Below, piece after piece: positions 41,587 through 50,195 of a stretch of DNA of 64,000 bases. The stretch lies in assembly GCA_964394435.1 (NCBI GenBank), contig CAYMXN010000001.1, positions 170,428-234,427 of the forward strand, in the 5' to 3' direction. The notes beneath the pieces are model-generated. The model did not search any database, was not told where the DNA came from, and worked only from the letters and a program-made list of their open reading frames with translations. The stretch's first letter is position 1. Every line of letters starts with the position of its first letter. A program made the position numbers and the translations under genes. Source of the stretch: an uncultured Candidatus Saccharibacteria bacterium. GTDB taxonomy: Bacteria > Patescibacteriota > Minisyncoccia > UBA6257 > 1-14-0-10-44-23.

Positions 41587-42343
41587 ATTCGGTTAAGATT
41601 TTATTGCCTTTTTCCGTGATGACGATCGTGTGTTCAAAGTGCGCGGAGTTTTTGCGGTTAGCAGAACCATAGCTTTCGTCCGCAAGCTGGACAACTTCGC
41701 CAGTGCCGATAATAACCATTGGCTCGAGTGCGAGCACCATTCCTGGGACAAGCTTCATCCCCTTACCTGGACGCCCTTCGTTAAATACTGATGGGTCTTC
41801 GTGAAGCTTGGTTCCAATTCCGTGGCCGGTTAATCCCTGCGCAACACAAAAACCTTTTTTCTCAACAAAATCCCCAATCGCAAATCCAATATCACCAAGT
41901 GTGTTGCCTGGTTTAGCTGCTTTAATACCACGTACAAGCGCCTGTTCGGTAACCTCAATAAGCTTTTTATCTTGTTTGGAAATATTACCAATTGGAATCG
42001 TAATTGCGGCATCGGCATAGTATCCTTCGTAAATAACTCCGCAGTCGATACTGATTAGATCACCGTCTTTAATGACACGCTTGCTCGGTACGCCGTGGAC
42101 AACTACGTCGTTTGGTGAAACGCAGAGTGTTGCCGGGTATGGGCGAGTTGCTCCTTCTGGACGATAGTTTAAAAATGCTGGCTTACCTCCCGCGTCTTCA
42201 ATTAGTGAGCGAGCCAGCTCGTCGAGTGCGCTAATAATTACACCCTCTTTCGCGACCGCCTTAATTCGCTTAAGTGTCATTGCTAAAATCGCACCAGCCT
42301 TGGCGATTTTTTCTATTTCAGCTTGAGATTTAATTAACGCCAT
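41585..42343 (-). CDS. map: Methionine aminopeptidase type I
   Basis: VVHGVP, GDLISID, GHGIG..LHEDP, ALEPM, AHFEHT. Confidence 0.96.
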   Translation of the reverse strand: MALIKSQAEIEKIAKAGAILAMTLKRIKAVAKEGVIISALDELARSLIEDAGGKPAFLNYRPEGATRPYPATLCVSPNDVVVHGVPSKRVIKDGDLISIDCGVIYEGYYADAAITIPIGNISKQDKKLIEVTEQALVRGIKAAKPGNTLGDIGFAIGDFVEKKGFCVAQGLTGHGIGTKLHEDPSVFNEGRPGKGMKLVPGMVLALEPMVIIGTGEVVQLADESYGSANRKNSAHFEHTIVITEKGNKILTE

Positions 42344-42346
42344 ATC

Positions 42347-43024
42347 TTACGGAAGATGTTTTTCGATTTGCTTAAAGACAAACTCCGGGAGCGGCTCGGC
42401 ATTTATTTTAAATACCTGATACTTACGCTTCTCGAGCTCGGCTAAAATCGGCATCGTACGCTTATCATACTCAACTAGGCGATCACGGATCACTTTTGGA
42501 TTATCGAGACTGCGTTTACGCAAAAGCCCATAGCAGATTGGGCAGTGTTTGCTGCGTGTCGTCGGGTTAAACACGGTCGCACATACCGAACACACTCGGC
42601 GGACCGAGTTGCGCTTAATTGATGTTTCTGGGTTTACCTTTAAAAAGAAGAAGTACATATTTTTCTTTCCATAGTACTCTTCTATTGTTTTAACTAAGCC
42701 TTGGCGCTTCTCATCGCCAAACGCCTCATACATCGTACGTGGTGAGCCGCTAAAAATGATGCTAACGCCCGACTTACCGACGGTAATCGCCTGTTTAGTG
42801 GTCATGCCGAGCACCCAGGATGGGGTCATAAGGATTCCGGCATCAAAGAGGCGCTTCTCGCGTTGAATCATCTTATTATTGCGGTTGGCCGGGTCGCGAA
42901 TGACTGATTCCAGATAGCGGCCGGAATCAAAATGAAAATAATCCCGTTTCCAGGATATAAGGTTGGCTTGGGTTCCTTTTCCCGAGCCTGGAGGCCCGTA
43001 AATGATGATTGCTACTTTGCGCAT
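42347..43024 (-). CDS. adk: Adenylate kinase
   Basis: GPPGSGKGTQA P-loop, CxxC...CxxC lid, adjacent to map. Confidence 0.9.
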   Translation of the reverse strand: MRKVAIIIYGPPGSGKGTQANLISWKRDYFHFDSGRYLESVIRDPANRNNKMIQREKRLFDAGILMTPSWVLGMTTKQAITVGKSGVSIIFSGSPRTMYEAFGDEKRQGLVKTIEEYYGKKNMYFFFLKVNPETSIKRNSVRRVCSVCATVFNPTTRSKHCPICYGLLRKRSLDNPKVIRDRLVEYDKRTMPILAELEKRKYQVFKINAEPLPEFVFKQIEKHLP

Positions 43025-43059
43025 TTGTCTTTGGTAGTTTACCATAAAGAAATCAACCT

Positions 43060-44352
43060 ATGGAAGCACGTAAATCAATTATCGTATTAGGAGCTGGATT
43101 TGGTGGGCTGCGGGCCGCTTTGCGTCTCGGACGTTATCTAAAAGCATACAAGCTGGCGGATAAGTATGAAGTCGTTCTTATTGATAAAAATGAGTATCAC
43201 ACGTATACCCCTACGCTCTACGAAATTGCCACTACCTCGAAAGAGACTGCTAACTTTTTCCATTTAAAAGAGATTGTAACTTTTAACGTTGCGAGCTTGG
43301 TCGCTTGGCTCCCTATTCGCTTCATTAAGGCGGAAGTTACCAATATTGATGTTGCTCATGGCGATGTCCACCTCTCGACTGGCGAGCGCCTAGTGTTTTG
43401 TAATCTTTTGCTCGCCCTTGGTGCGCAGACAAATTATTTTGACATTCCCGGACTTAAGGAGAATTCGTTTGCCCTCAAGACCTTCCACGATGCGGTGATG
43501 CTACGCGAAGTGATGACTACGAAAGTTATGGAGCGTGAAAATGCTCCTCTGCGAATTGTAATTGGCGGAGGTGGCTCGACTGGCGTCGAACTTGCCGGCG
43601 AGATTAAGCTTTGGCTCTGCGGCCCAACTGCGGAGATTAAAAATACCTGCTCAACTTCGATTGAGATCATTGATGGTGCTTCGACCGTACTAAGCGTTTT
43701 TGATCCGCGGCTTATTACTCGTGCACAACAGCGACTAGCTAAACTTGGTATTGCGACGCGAACCAATGAGCGCATCGCTTCGGTTTCAAAAAACTCACTC
43801 ACGCTTCAGAGTGGAGCGACCGTTCCATTTGATGTTTTAGTCTGGACTGGAGGCGTTAAGGCAAATCAACTTGCGTATGCCGCGAGTATGAAGCGCGATA
43901 AAGGTGGAAAGGTTTTGACCAACCACGATATGCGCTGCATTCCGGAAACTGATGATTTACGTTTCCATGGTTCGATTTATGGAATCGGTGATTCGATTTG
44001 TTTTATTAATCCAAAAACAAATACGCCAGTTCCGGGTACTGCTCGAGCTGCGATGACGCAGGCGACAATAGCTGCGCACAATATTATGCAGGAGATTTTA
44101 GCGGCAGAAAAAATAATTTCTAGCGCGCAACTGAAATCGTATATTCCGCAAAACTATCCATACGTGATTCCAATCGGAGGAAAATTTGCGATTGCAAAAT
44201 TAGGATCGGTTATCATTTCTGGATTTTGGGGTTGGGTACTTAAAGGACTCGTTGAGCTAAACTACCTATTCTCAATTATGCCGCTACGCCGCGCGATTCC
44301 GATTTGGTTCAAAGGACTTTCGATATTTATCAAAAACGATCGTCTTGGATAA
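43060..44352 (+). CDS. ndh: Type II NADH dehydrogenase-like FAD oxidoreductase
   Basis: GAGFGG and GGGSTGVELAGE Rossmann motifs, WTGGV, IGD. Confidence 0.88.
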   Translation: MEARKSIIVLGAGFGGLRAALRLGRYLKAYKLADKYEVVLIDKNEYHTYTPTLYEIATTSKETANFFHLKEIVTFNVASLVAWLPIRFIKAEVTNIDVAHGDVHLSTGERLVFCNLLLALGAQTNYFDIPGLKENSFALKTFHDAVMLREVMTTKVMERENAPLRIVIGGGGSTGVELAGEIKLWLCGPTAEIKNTCSTSIEIIDGASTVLSVFDPRLITRAQQRLAKLGIATRTNERIASVSKNSLTLQSGATVPFDVLVWTGGVKANQLAYAASMKRDKGGKVLTNHDMRCIPETDDLRFHGSIYGIGDSICFINPKTNTPVPGTARAAMTQATIAAHNIMQEILAAEKIISSAQLKSYIPQNYPYVIPIGGKFAIAKLGSVIISGFWGWVLKGLVELNYLFSIMPLRRAIPIWFKGLSIFIKNDRLG

Positions 44353-44371
44353 TTAATACTTTGTTTGAAAA

Positions 44372-44700
44372 TGAAAAGGGGGACCTCCGTGTGGTGTCCC
44401 CTTTTTTGCGAGAAGTTTTCTAAGATGAATGTTGATCGGTGTGGTGCCGTCAGAGGGATATCGGGATTAGGGTTGGTGTTTCTGCCGGATTAGTATCGGC
44501 AGTTGTGGCAGTTCGCTTTCTTTCAATTACTTGCGCTACACACAGCTCTAGTTGTCCGCCTCATATGCCAGCTTCGCAGCGGCAGGCTCGATCAGTCACT
44601 TGTCTTAGACACTTTTTTGTTCGTCGGTTTGCAGTCGCTTCTTGTTTCAAATTTCTTTAAAGCGAGAAGCGACTGCAACACAACTATGTTCAACGTTCTG
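44372..44700 (-). ncRNA. Putative ~330-nt structured RNA
   Basis: Extended -10 TGtTATACT (44706-44714), 14-bp stem TTGCAGTCGCTTCT/AGAAGCGACTGCAA, 5'/3' closure, terminator 44374-44406, no - strand ORF >=60 aa. Confidence 0.45.
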
Positions 44701-44794
44701 AAATAAGTATAACAGAAACGAGTTGACCTGTGCGTCAACTCGTTGTGGAAAAGTCTATTAGGCCTTATGTTTCAAGGTTTGTCGAGGCCTTCAC

Positions 44795-45934
44795 TTATCG
44801 AACTTCAGCGCCAAATTGCTTTTTCGTTTCTTCGATTACTCTGTTTTGGATCGGCTCAACTTCTTCAGTGAGAAGCGTGCGCTCGTTGCTGCGATAAATT
44901 ATGCGATAGGTGTAGCTCATCTTGTCGGCACCAAATTTTTTATCATTCTCGTACTTATCAAGGAGTGAAACTTCTTCGACGAGCTCGCCACCGATTTCAC
45001 GAATTAAATCGAAGTAGTCATTTGGAACAAATTTCTTACTCACCACAAACGAGATGTCGCGAGTGATTGGCGGATACTTACTTACTTCTTTAAATTTATT
45101 TCCGAGCTTGAGCTGTTTTACTACGCGCGGATCAGTTGACCAGAGCAAGCGAATATCTGGGAGCTCCATGCTGATAATTGCCAAGCGCTCTAGACCAAAT
45201 CCGAACGCCCACCCGTTGTACCCTTCGAGTCCAAAGTTTTTCAGTACTGATTTTTTCGGCATACCTCCACCTAAAATCTCAATCCACCGATCGCCGATTT
45301 TTACCTCAACTTGAAGTGATGGGTCGGTGTACGGAAATGTATCATCAAGAAAACGATACTCAATATTTTTCCCAAAAAGCGTTTCAACAATTTCTGATAA
45401 TACGTTTCGCAGTGAGTCGAGTGGCATCACGCCCATAGAGTCCGGTTGTAAGTACCACGCACCGAACTGATGGAAGACGTTCATGTGACGATTATCAATT
45501 TCATCTTTGCGATAGACTTTTCCATAACACGTAGTTCCTACCGCCTCCCCTTTTGCGATTCGATTTTTAACATCAGCATCGTTGAGGTAGTAATACCACA
45601 TCACCGTGTCGTGTGTACGCAAAATATTTTTATCGTTTACATAGTACGTGTCAGACTTACTACGCGCTGGGTGGTCTGCAGGAAAATCAAATAAGTCGAA
45701 TGTAATACTTGCTGGTACTACCTCTGGAATGACAATGTTATCTAAATTTTTGAGCGCGTTAGTAGCTCGAGCTCGCGCGACAATTTCATACAATGGACTT
45801 TCCGGAGTACGAGAAAGATCGGGCATCGCTAGATAGCGCTTTTCACGAAGCGCTTCTGCGTCGGTTCGCTTTTCTAAATCCTTAAGTGCGGTCGCTTGAT
45901 CTTGTGTATCAATAATGATTTCTTTGTGTGACAT
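44795..45934 (-). CDS. pheS: Single-chain (organellar-type) phenylalanine--tRNA ligase
   Basis: HPARS.SDTYY, LRTH, GKVYRKDEID, FPYTDPS, GWAFGFGLERLA, then C-terminal FDX-ACB domain (RDISF...YR...RTL). Confidence 0.92.
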   Translation of the reverse strand: MSHKEIIIDTQDQATALKDLEKRTDAEALREKRYLAMPDLSRTPESPLYEIVARARATNALKNLDNIVIPEVVPASITFDLFDFPADHPARSKSDTYYVNDKNILRTHDTVMWYYYLNDADVKNRIAKGEAVGTTCYGKVYRKDEIDNRHMNVFHQFGAWYLQPDSMGVMPLDSLRNVLSEIVETLFGKNIEYRFLDDTFPYTDPSLQVEVKIGDRWIEILGGGMPKKSVLKNFGLEGYNGWAFGFGLERLAIISMELPDIRLLWSTDPRVVKQLKLGNKFKEVSKYPPITRDISFVVSKKFVPNDYFDLIREIGGELVEEVSLLDKYENDKKFGADKMSYTYRIIYRSNERTLLTEEVEPIQNRVIEETKKQFGAEVR

Positions 45935-45953
45935 ATGCGTTATTTTTGATTAC

Positions 45954-46028
45954 TGGTGGCTGGGGAGAGGATCGAACTCTCGACCTTGGCCTTATGAAAG
46001 CCCTGCTCTACCACTGAGCTACCCAGCC
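45954..46028 (-). tRNA. tRNA-Met(CAT), probably elongator (Ile2 not excluded); CCA encoded
   Basis: Cloverleaf GGCTGGG...CCCAGCCACCA, loop TTCATAA, GTTCGATCC T-loop. Confidence 0.92.
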
Positions 46029-46120
46029 AGTACGTATACGATAATAGCGATTTCTCCTTCCTTTGTAAATAAAAGCCCCGGGCCGAAGCGCAAGGCTTGA
46101 GTCGGGGCTTGTAAATCTAC

Positions 46121-46489
46121 TTAGTGCTGCGGAATTCCAGAAATGAACGAGATGAGCCAGACGCCCCAGGCGACGAGCGAAAAGCGGTTGAAGAGTTCGG
46201 CGCAACGGCCGTGTGTTCGTAATGTCGCATCGAGTGCCCAGCCGAAGTGCAGACCCATAATGAGTACCGAGGCGAGCCCGGTGGTCGTGTGGAGATCCCA
46301 CGTCCACCCCTTGGAGTTTAGGCTACAGACAAAGATGGTCGCGCTCACGTCGAGTGTGAGTGCGATACCAAACACCCACAGCATCCAGCGACGCAGCTCT
46401 AACACCTTCTTCCGCTGAATGAAGTGAGTCCAGATGACCGTCGAGTACAGGAGAAGCGCCACGACAAACAGCAGCTCGAGACGGGGCAT
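46121..46489 (-). CDS. HsmA-like (TIGR03987-like) membrane protein
   Basis: Four TM helices, conserved His (LHTTTG, MGLH), AAGGA SD. Confidence 0.7.
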   Translation of the reverse strand: MPRLELLFVVALLLYSTVIWTHFIQRKKVLELRRWMLWVFGIALTLDVSATIFVCSLNSKGWTWDLHTTTGLASVLIMGLHFGWALDATLRTHGRCAELFNRFSLVAWGVWLISFISGIPQH

Positions 46490-46726
46490 AGTGGATTCCT
46501 TTCGATGAACTAAGTGCAGGTTAGCGCAAGGTGGACTTTTGGGCAATCTTTTCAAGAATGACGCTTATTCGATGAGTTCAGAACAAGCCGGACTTGTTCC
46601 CGTTTTGTCTGCGAGAATTTGAGCAGACACAAAACGCAATGCCGCCTTAAAGCGGTAACCGGGAACCGGTGAAAGTCTGCGTCTGACACACAAAACCCAC
46701 CTTTCTGTGAGGTGGGTTTTGATATG

Positions 46727-46800
46727 CGCGGGCGGCCGGACTTGAACCGGTGACCTTCCCCGTGACAGGGGGACGCTCTAACCAGCTGAGCTACGCCCGC
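46727..46800 (-). tRNA. tRNA-Asp(GTC)
   Basis: Cloverleaf GCGGGCG...CGCCCGC, anticodon loop CTGTCAC. Confidence 0.95.
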
Positions 46801-47032
46801 AGTTCCTTTGCCTTATTGCTTTGTTGTTTCGGGTTCGCCGTATGCTATCGCTGATATACGGCTTCACCCTTACGCCTCGCACTAAGCCAAAGACTTCAGA
46901 TATATACTTCCCTGCTTCTCGCAGGTACACAATATACTACTAAAACCTTAGCATTTTTTCAACTAACTTGCCAAGGGTTATAAATCGTTTTATTATATCT
47001 TCGGCATTAATCCTGGACTAAAGGAGGTTGCG

Positions 47033-47812
47033 ATGACTAAGCTCCGAGGTGTTCTTGTCGGGAAACCGGGCGATTTTCGTCCGAATCACTACCCGAGTCG
47101 CGAGAAACTCATCTCTTTTGTTGCCCAGCTACTTCCTCCTGGTGTTCGAAAGGTGTACTTCACTCGCATCGAGGGTACAAGTACTAAGCTTGCGAGTCAG
47201 GACAGCTTCGTGGCGACGACGCCGGCGAATTGGTTTCTTGAAAGTAGAGATACCGTTGACGGTGCCGTCATTCACGGGCGAAATTCGGCGATATTTGTCG
47301 CAAATGCCGATTGTCCCCTGCTAGCCGTTCATTCTGGCGACAAGCTGATGGTGCTTCATTGCGCGTTTCGTTGCTTGGTTGGCGAAAATGGCGAGAGCAT
47401 TATTCTCGCGTCGCTTATGAAGCACTTCCCTGATCCACGGATGATTGACAACATCTTTTTTGGATTCGGGGCCGGCCCTTGCTGCTTTGGACAGAAAGAG
47501 TCGCTCGAAAACCCCGATATTCGTAAAAACTTGCCCGTCCAGGCTATTCATAGGGCGACGTGTGGTCCCCGCAAGGGTAGCCCCTCGGTCGATCTGTGTC
47601 GCTTGGCAGTGATGCATTTAGAGCAAGTATTTGCGGGGACTGCTGGGCTACGACCGGGAGTCGCGAAAATCGATGCGAGATGTACCGCCTGCGAAGAGCG
47701 GGATAATGGTGGAGCTGGCGCATACTGGTCGCATGTCTGGGACGGCAGACCAGTTCCCGGAAAGTGTGAAACAGTTGCTGGGAGAAACGGCGCCTTCTTC
47801 TGGATCTCCTGA
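47033..47812 (+). CDS. Divergent YfiH/PgeF (laccase-domain) family protein
   Basis: DG...ADCPL...H...GPCCF...VDL...CTAC motifs; GGAGG SD. Confidence 0.8.
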   Translation: MTKLRGVLVGKPGDFRPNHYPSREKLISFVAQLLPPGVRKVYFTRIEGTSTKLASQDSFVATTPANWFLESRDTVDGAVIHGRNSAIFVANADCPLLAVHSGDKLMVLHCAFRCLVGENGESIILASLMKHFPDPRMIDNIFFGFGAGPCCFGQKESLENPDIRKNLPVQAIHRATCGPRKGSPSVDLCRLAVMHLEQVFAGTAGLRPGVAKIDARCTACEERDNGGAGAYWSHVWDGRPVPGKCETVAGRNGAFFWIS

Positions 47813-47854
47813 TTCTCGCCGGACATATCCCCTCGTGGAGTGTCCGGCTTTTTA

Positions 47855-49204
47855 TTACTTCAGTTTTTTAACGAGTGAAACAAACTGATTGCCGCGATCC
47901 TCGTAATCTTTAAACATATCAAAGCTTTTTGAGGCTGGAGAAAGAATAACTGCAGCTGATGCTTTTTCTATAGTTGCATGGTATTGAGCGCGTTGATACG
48001 CGAGCGTGACTGCGTCGGCAAGTGTACTTACGATTTCTGGCGTTATATTAGTCACCCGTAGCGCCTCGGCGATTTTGTGTTTATTTTCACCATACAGCAC
48101 CATACTACGAACCGTACTTTCATTAACTGCATCGGCAAGCGGCGCGTAATCGAATTGCGCGTCTTTGCCTCCGGCGATCAGCACAATTGGAATATGAAGA
48201 GCCTTAACTGCTGCGCTTGCTGTTGATGGGTTTGTGCTTAGTGAGTCGTTATAGAAATAGATTGACGCTCCCTTGGTTAGCTTATTTTTGATTGTTTTAA
48301 TAAGTTGTAGGCGATGTGGAAGGCCAACAAATGAAATTGCCACTTTTTTAATCGCCTTATCCGATATGCCAATGAAGCGGGCAACGGTCGCTGCCATAAT
48401 CGCATTACCATACGAGTGCGAACCGATAATTTTTAAGTCTTCCTGACTAAATATGTCAAAACTCTTTCCTTCAACTGCGAACTGTTTTCCTTTTGACTGT
48501 TTGGCGATCTGACTAGTTAGCTCATTTCCGGCTACATAAAAAACCGCCTGATCGCTCGTTTGATTACGTGTAATACCAGCTTTTGCCTGTACGTACTCGT
48601 TCATATCTCTATGAACGTCTTGGTGATCAGGTGAGATTGAAAGTACTACGGCGATGTCGGGTGAGGTTCGAATATCTTGGAGTTGAAAACTAGAGAGCTC
48701 GAGCACTACTGCGTCTGCTTTTTTGGCCTGTCCAATAATCTCAATAGCCGGCTTACCGATATTCCCTGCGATTAATACCTTTTTCTTTCCAGCCTTGAGC
48801 ATCTCATAGATAAGTGTAGAAACGGTGCCTTTGCCTTTCGTTCCCGTAATGCCGATTACGAGGGGGCGTTTTTTAAGTTCTTTGAGCGCGTCAAAAAATA
48901 ACTGCGTCGCACTCGTGATGATAACGCCATGCTCTTTAGCTTTCTGGATTTGTGGAGTGAGATACCAGATACCAGGCGAACGTACGATTTGCGTAAAGCT
49001 TTCTAGGTTATCTAAATACTGCTGGCCAAGCTGATATGAGATGTTCCTACCTTTGATCGGCTTAAGGCTTGGATTTTTATCGCAAATAGTAATCTGCGCA
49101 TCTTTGTATTGAGGTGCTTTTTTGAAGTAGTTGAGCGCCGCCCTACCTTCTTTGCTGAAGCCAAGAATTGCGATGTTATGTATGTTTTTTGATGATTTGA
49201 CCAT
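47855..49204 (-). CDS. murD: UDP-N-acetylmuramoyl-L-alanine--D-glutamate ligase
   Basis: GITGTKGKGT, ELSSFQL, LPHRLQ, NDSLSTN, SPASKSFDMF.DYEDRG. Confidence 0.96.
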   Translation of the reverse strand: MVKSSKNIHNIAILGFSKEGRAALNYFKKAPQYKDAQITICDKNPSLKPIKGRNISYQLGQQYLDNLESFTQIVRSPGIWYLTPQIQKAKEHGVIITSATQLFFDALKELKKRPLVIGITGTKGKGTVSTLIYEMLKAGKKKVLIAGNIGKPAIEIIGQAKKADAVVLELSSFQLQDIRTSPDIAVVLSISPDHQDVHRDMNEYVQAKAGITRNQTSDQAVFYVAGNELTSQIAKQSKGKQFAVEGKSFDIFSQEDLKIIGSHSYGNAIMAATVARFIGISDKAIKKVAISFVGLPHRLQLIKTIKNKLTKGASIYFYNDSLSTNPSTASAAVKALHIPIVLIAGGKDAQFDYAPLADAVNESTVRSMVLYGENKHKIAEALRVTNITPEIVSTLADAVTLAYQRAQYHATIEKASAAVILSPASKSFDMFKDYEDRGNQFVSLVKKLK

Positions 49205-49258
49205 ATCTCTAAACAATTATATAATGAACCAACGTTTCTTCCAATGGAAGAACTTGAT

Positions 49259-49330
49259 CGCGGGGTAGAGCAGTGGTAGCTCGTCTGGCTCATAACCAGA
49301 AGGTCGGGGGTTCAATTCCCTCCCCCGCAA
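49259..49330 (+). tRNA. Initiator tRNA-fMet(CAT)
   Basis: CGCGGGG start with C1:A72 mismatch, loop CTCATAA, GTTCAATTC T-loop. Confidence 0.94.
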
Positions 49331-49418
49331 CTCTTCGTCGCCTTACTCCTCAGAGTCTTCGACTTCGCCTTTAAGGCGACGAAGACACTGAGCGAAGCGA
49401 AGTGATACAATTTAAGAG

Positions 49419-49664
49419 ATGCGTTTCTTTGTCTATATCCTCGAATGTGCCGATGGTTCTTTTTATGTTGGCTACACTAATGATTTAAATAAGCGAATTA
49501 GGCAACACAATGAATCAGATTATGGCTCGTGGTACACCAAACTTCGCCGGCCAGTTTTTTTAAAATATTCTGAAGAATTTTCAACTCTCGTAGTGGCTCG
49601 GCGAAGAGAGCGTGAAATTAAAGGCTGGAGGAGGGAGAAAAAACGAGCCTTATTTGAGAAGTAA
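49419..49664 (+). CDS. Small GIY-YIG endonuclease (UPF0213/YazA-like)
   Basis: FVYILECADGSFYVGYTNDL..R...HN...RE..IKGW.REKK. Confidence 0.92.
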   Translation: MRFFVYILECADGSFYVGYTNDLNKRIRQHNESDYGSWYTKLRRPVFLKYSEEFSTLVVARRREREIKGWRREKKRALFEK

Positions 49665-49710
49665 CCCACTCCTTCACACCCCCATAATACCGAGTATAAA
49701 TCCGAGAGCT

Positions 49711-49855
49711 AGAAAAAGGGCGTGTCTGCGCTTCGCAACACCCCCCGCAATACAGGGGAAAAAATCACCCTACGCACTCCCCGCCGAGCGAGTTCGTGAG
49801 CTGTCGCTTAATTTATCACTCACTCTTAGATACCTTCCTCGGTGCAGAATGCAAA
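49711..49855 (-). ncRNA. Putative ~140-nt rod-like RNA
   Basis: Nested stems GCATTCT/GGAGTGC, CCGAG/CTCGG, GTGAG/CTCAC; terminator at 49713-49745; promoter weak. Confidence 0.35.
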
Positions 49856-49876
49856 CTTAGCTGTTACATATAATTT

Positions 49877-50121
49877 AAAAGGGCGCAACCAGATCTCTCC
49901 AGTTACGCCCAATACTCCTTTATCTTTACGCGACCGAAATTGATCGCGCTCCTATTCTTGTCCGAAGAATTTCACTTCGGACTTGCGCTTCGGCCGAGAA
50001 TAGGACTTCCGGCCTGCAAGGTAGGGCGGGATTGCCCAAAGCCAATCCCTCGACTGGACGTTCCCATCCGTCCAATCCCCGTGACCGAGTGGTTCAGGCT
50101 TGAGGCCTTTTACCACTTGTC
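49877..50121 (-). ncRNA. Putative ~245-nt multi-hairpin RNA
   Basis: Perfect TTGACA-N17-TATAAT (50156-50128), five successive stems, terminator 49877-49910, no - strand ORF >=60 aa. Confidence 0.6.
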
Positions 50122-50195
50122 TTTTCCATTATAGCATATAGCAATATACTTGTCAATAGTCTGTACTTTTCATGTTTTGTGGCAGTTTTTCGTAG

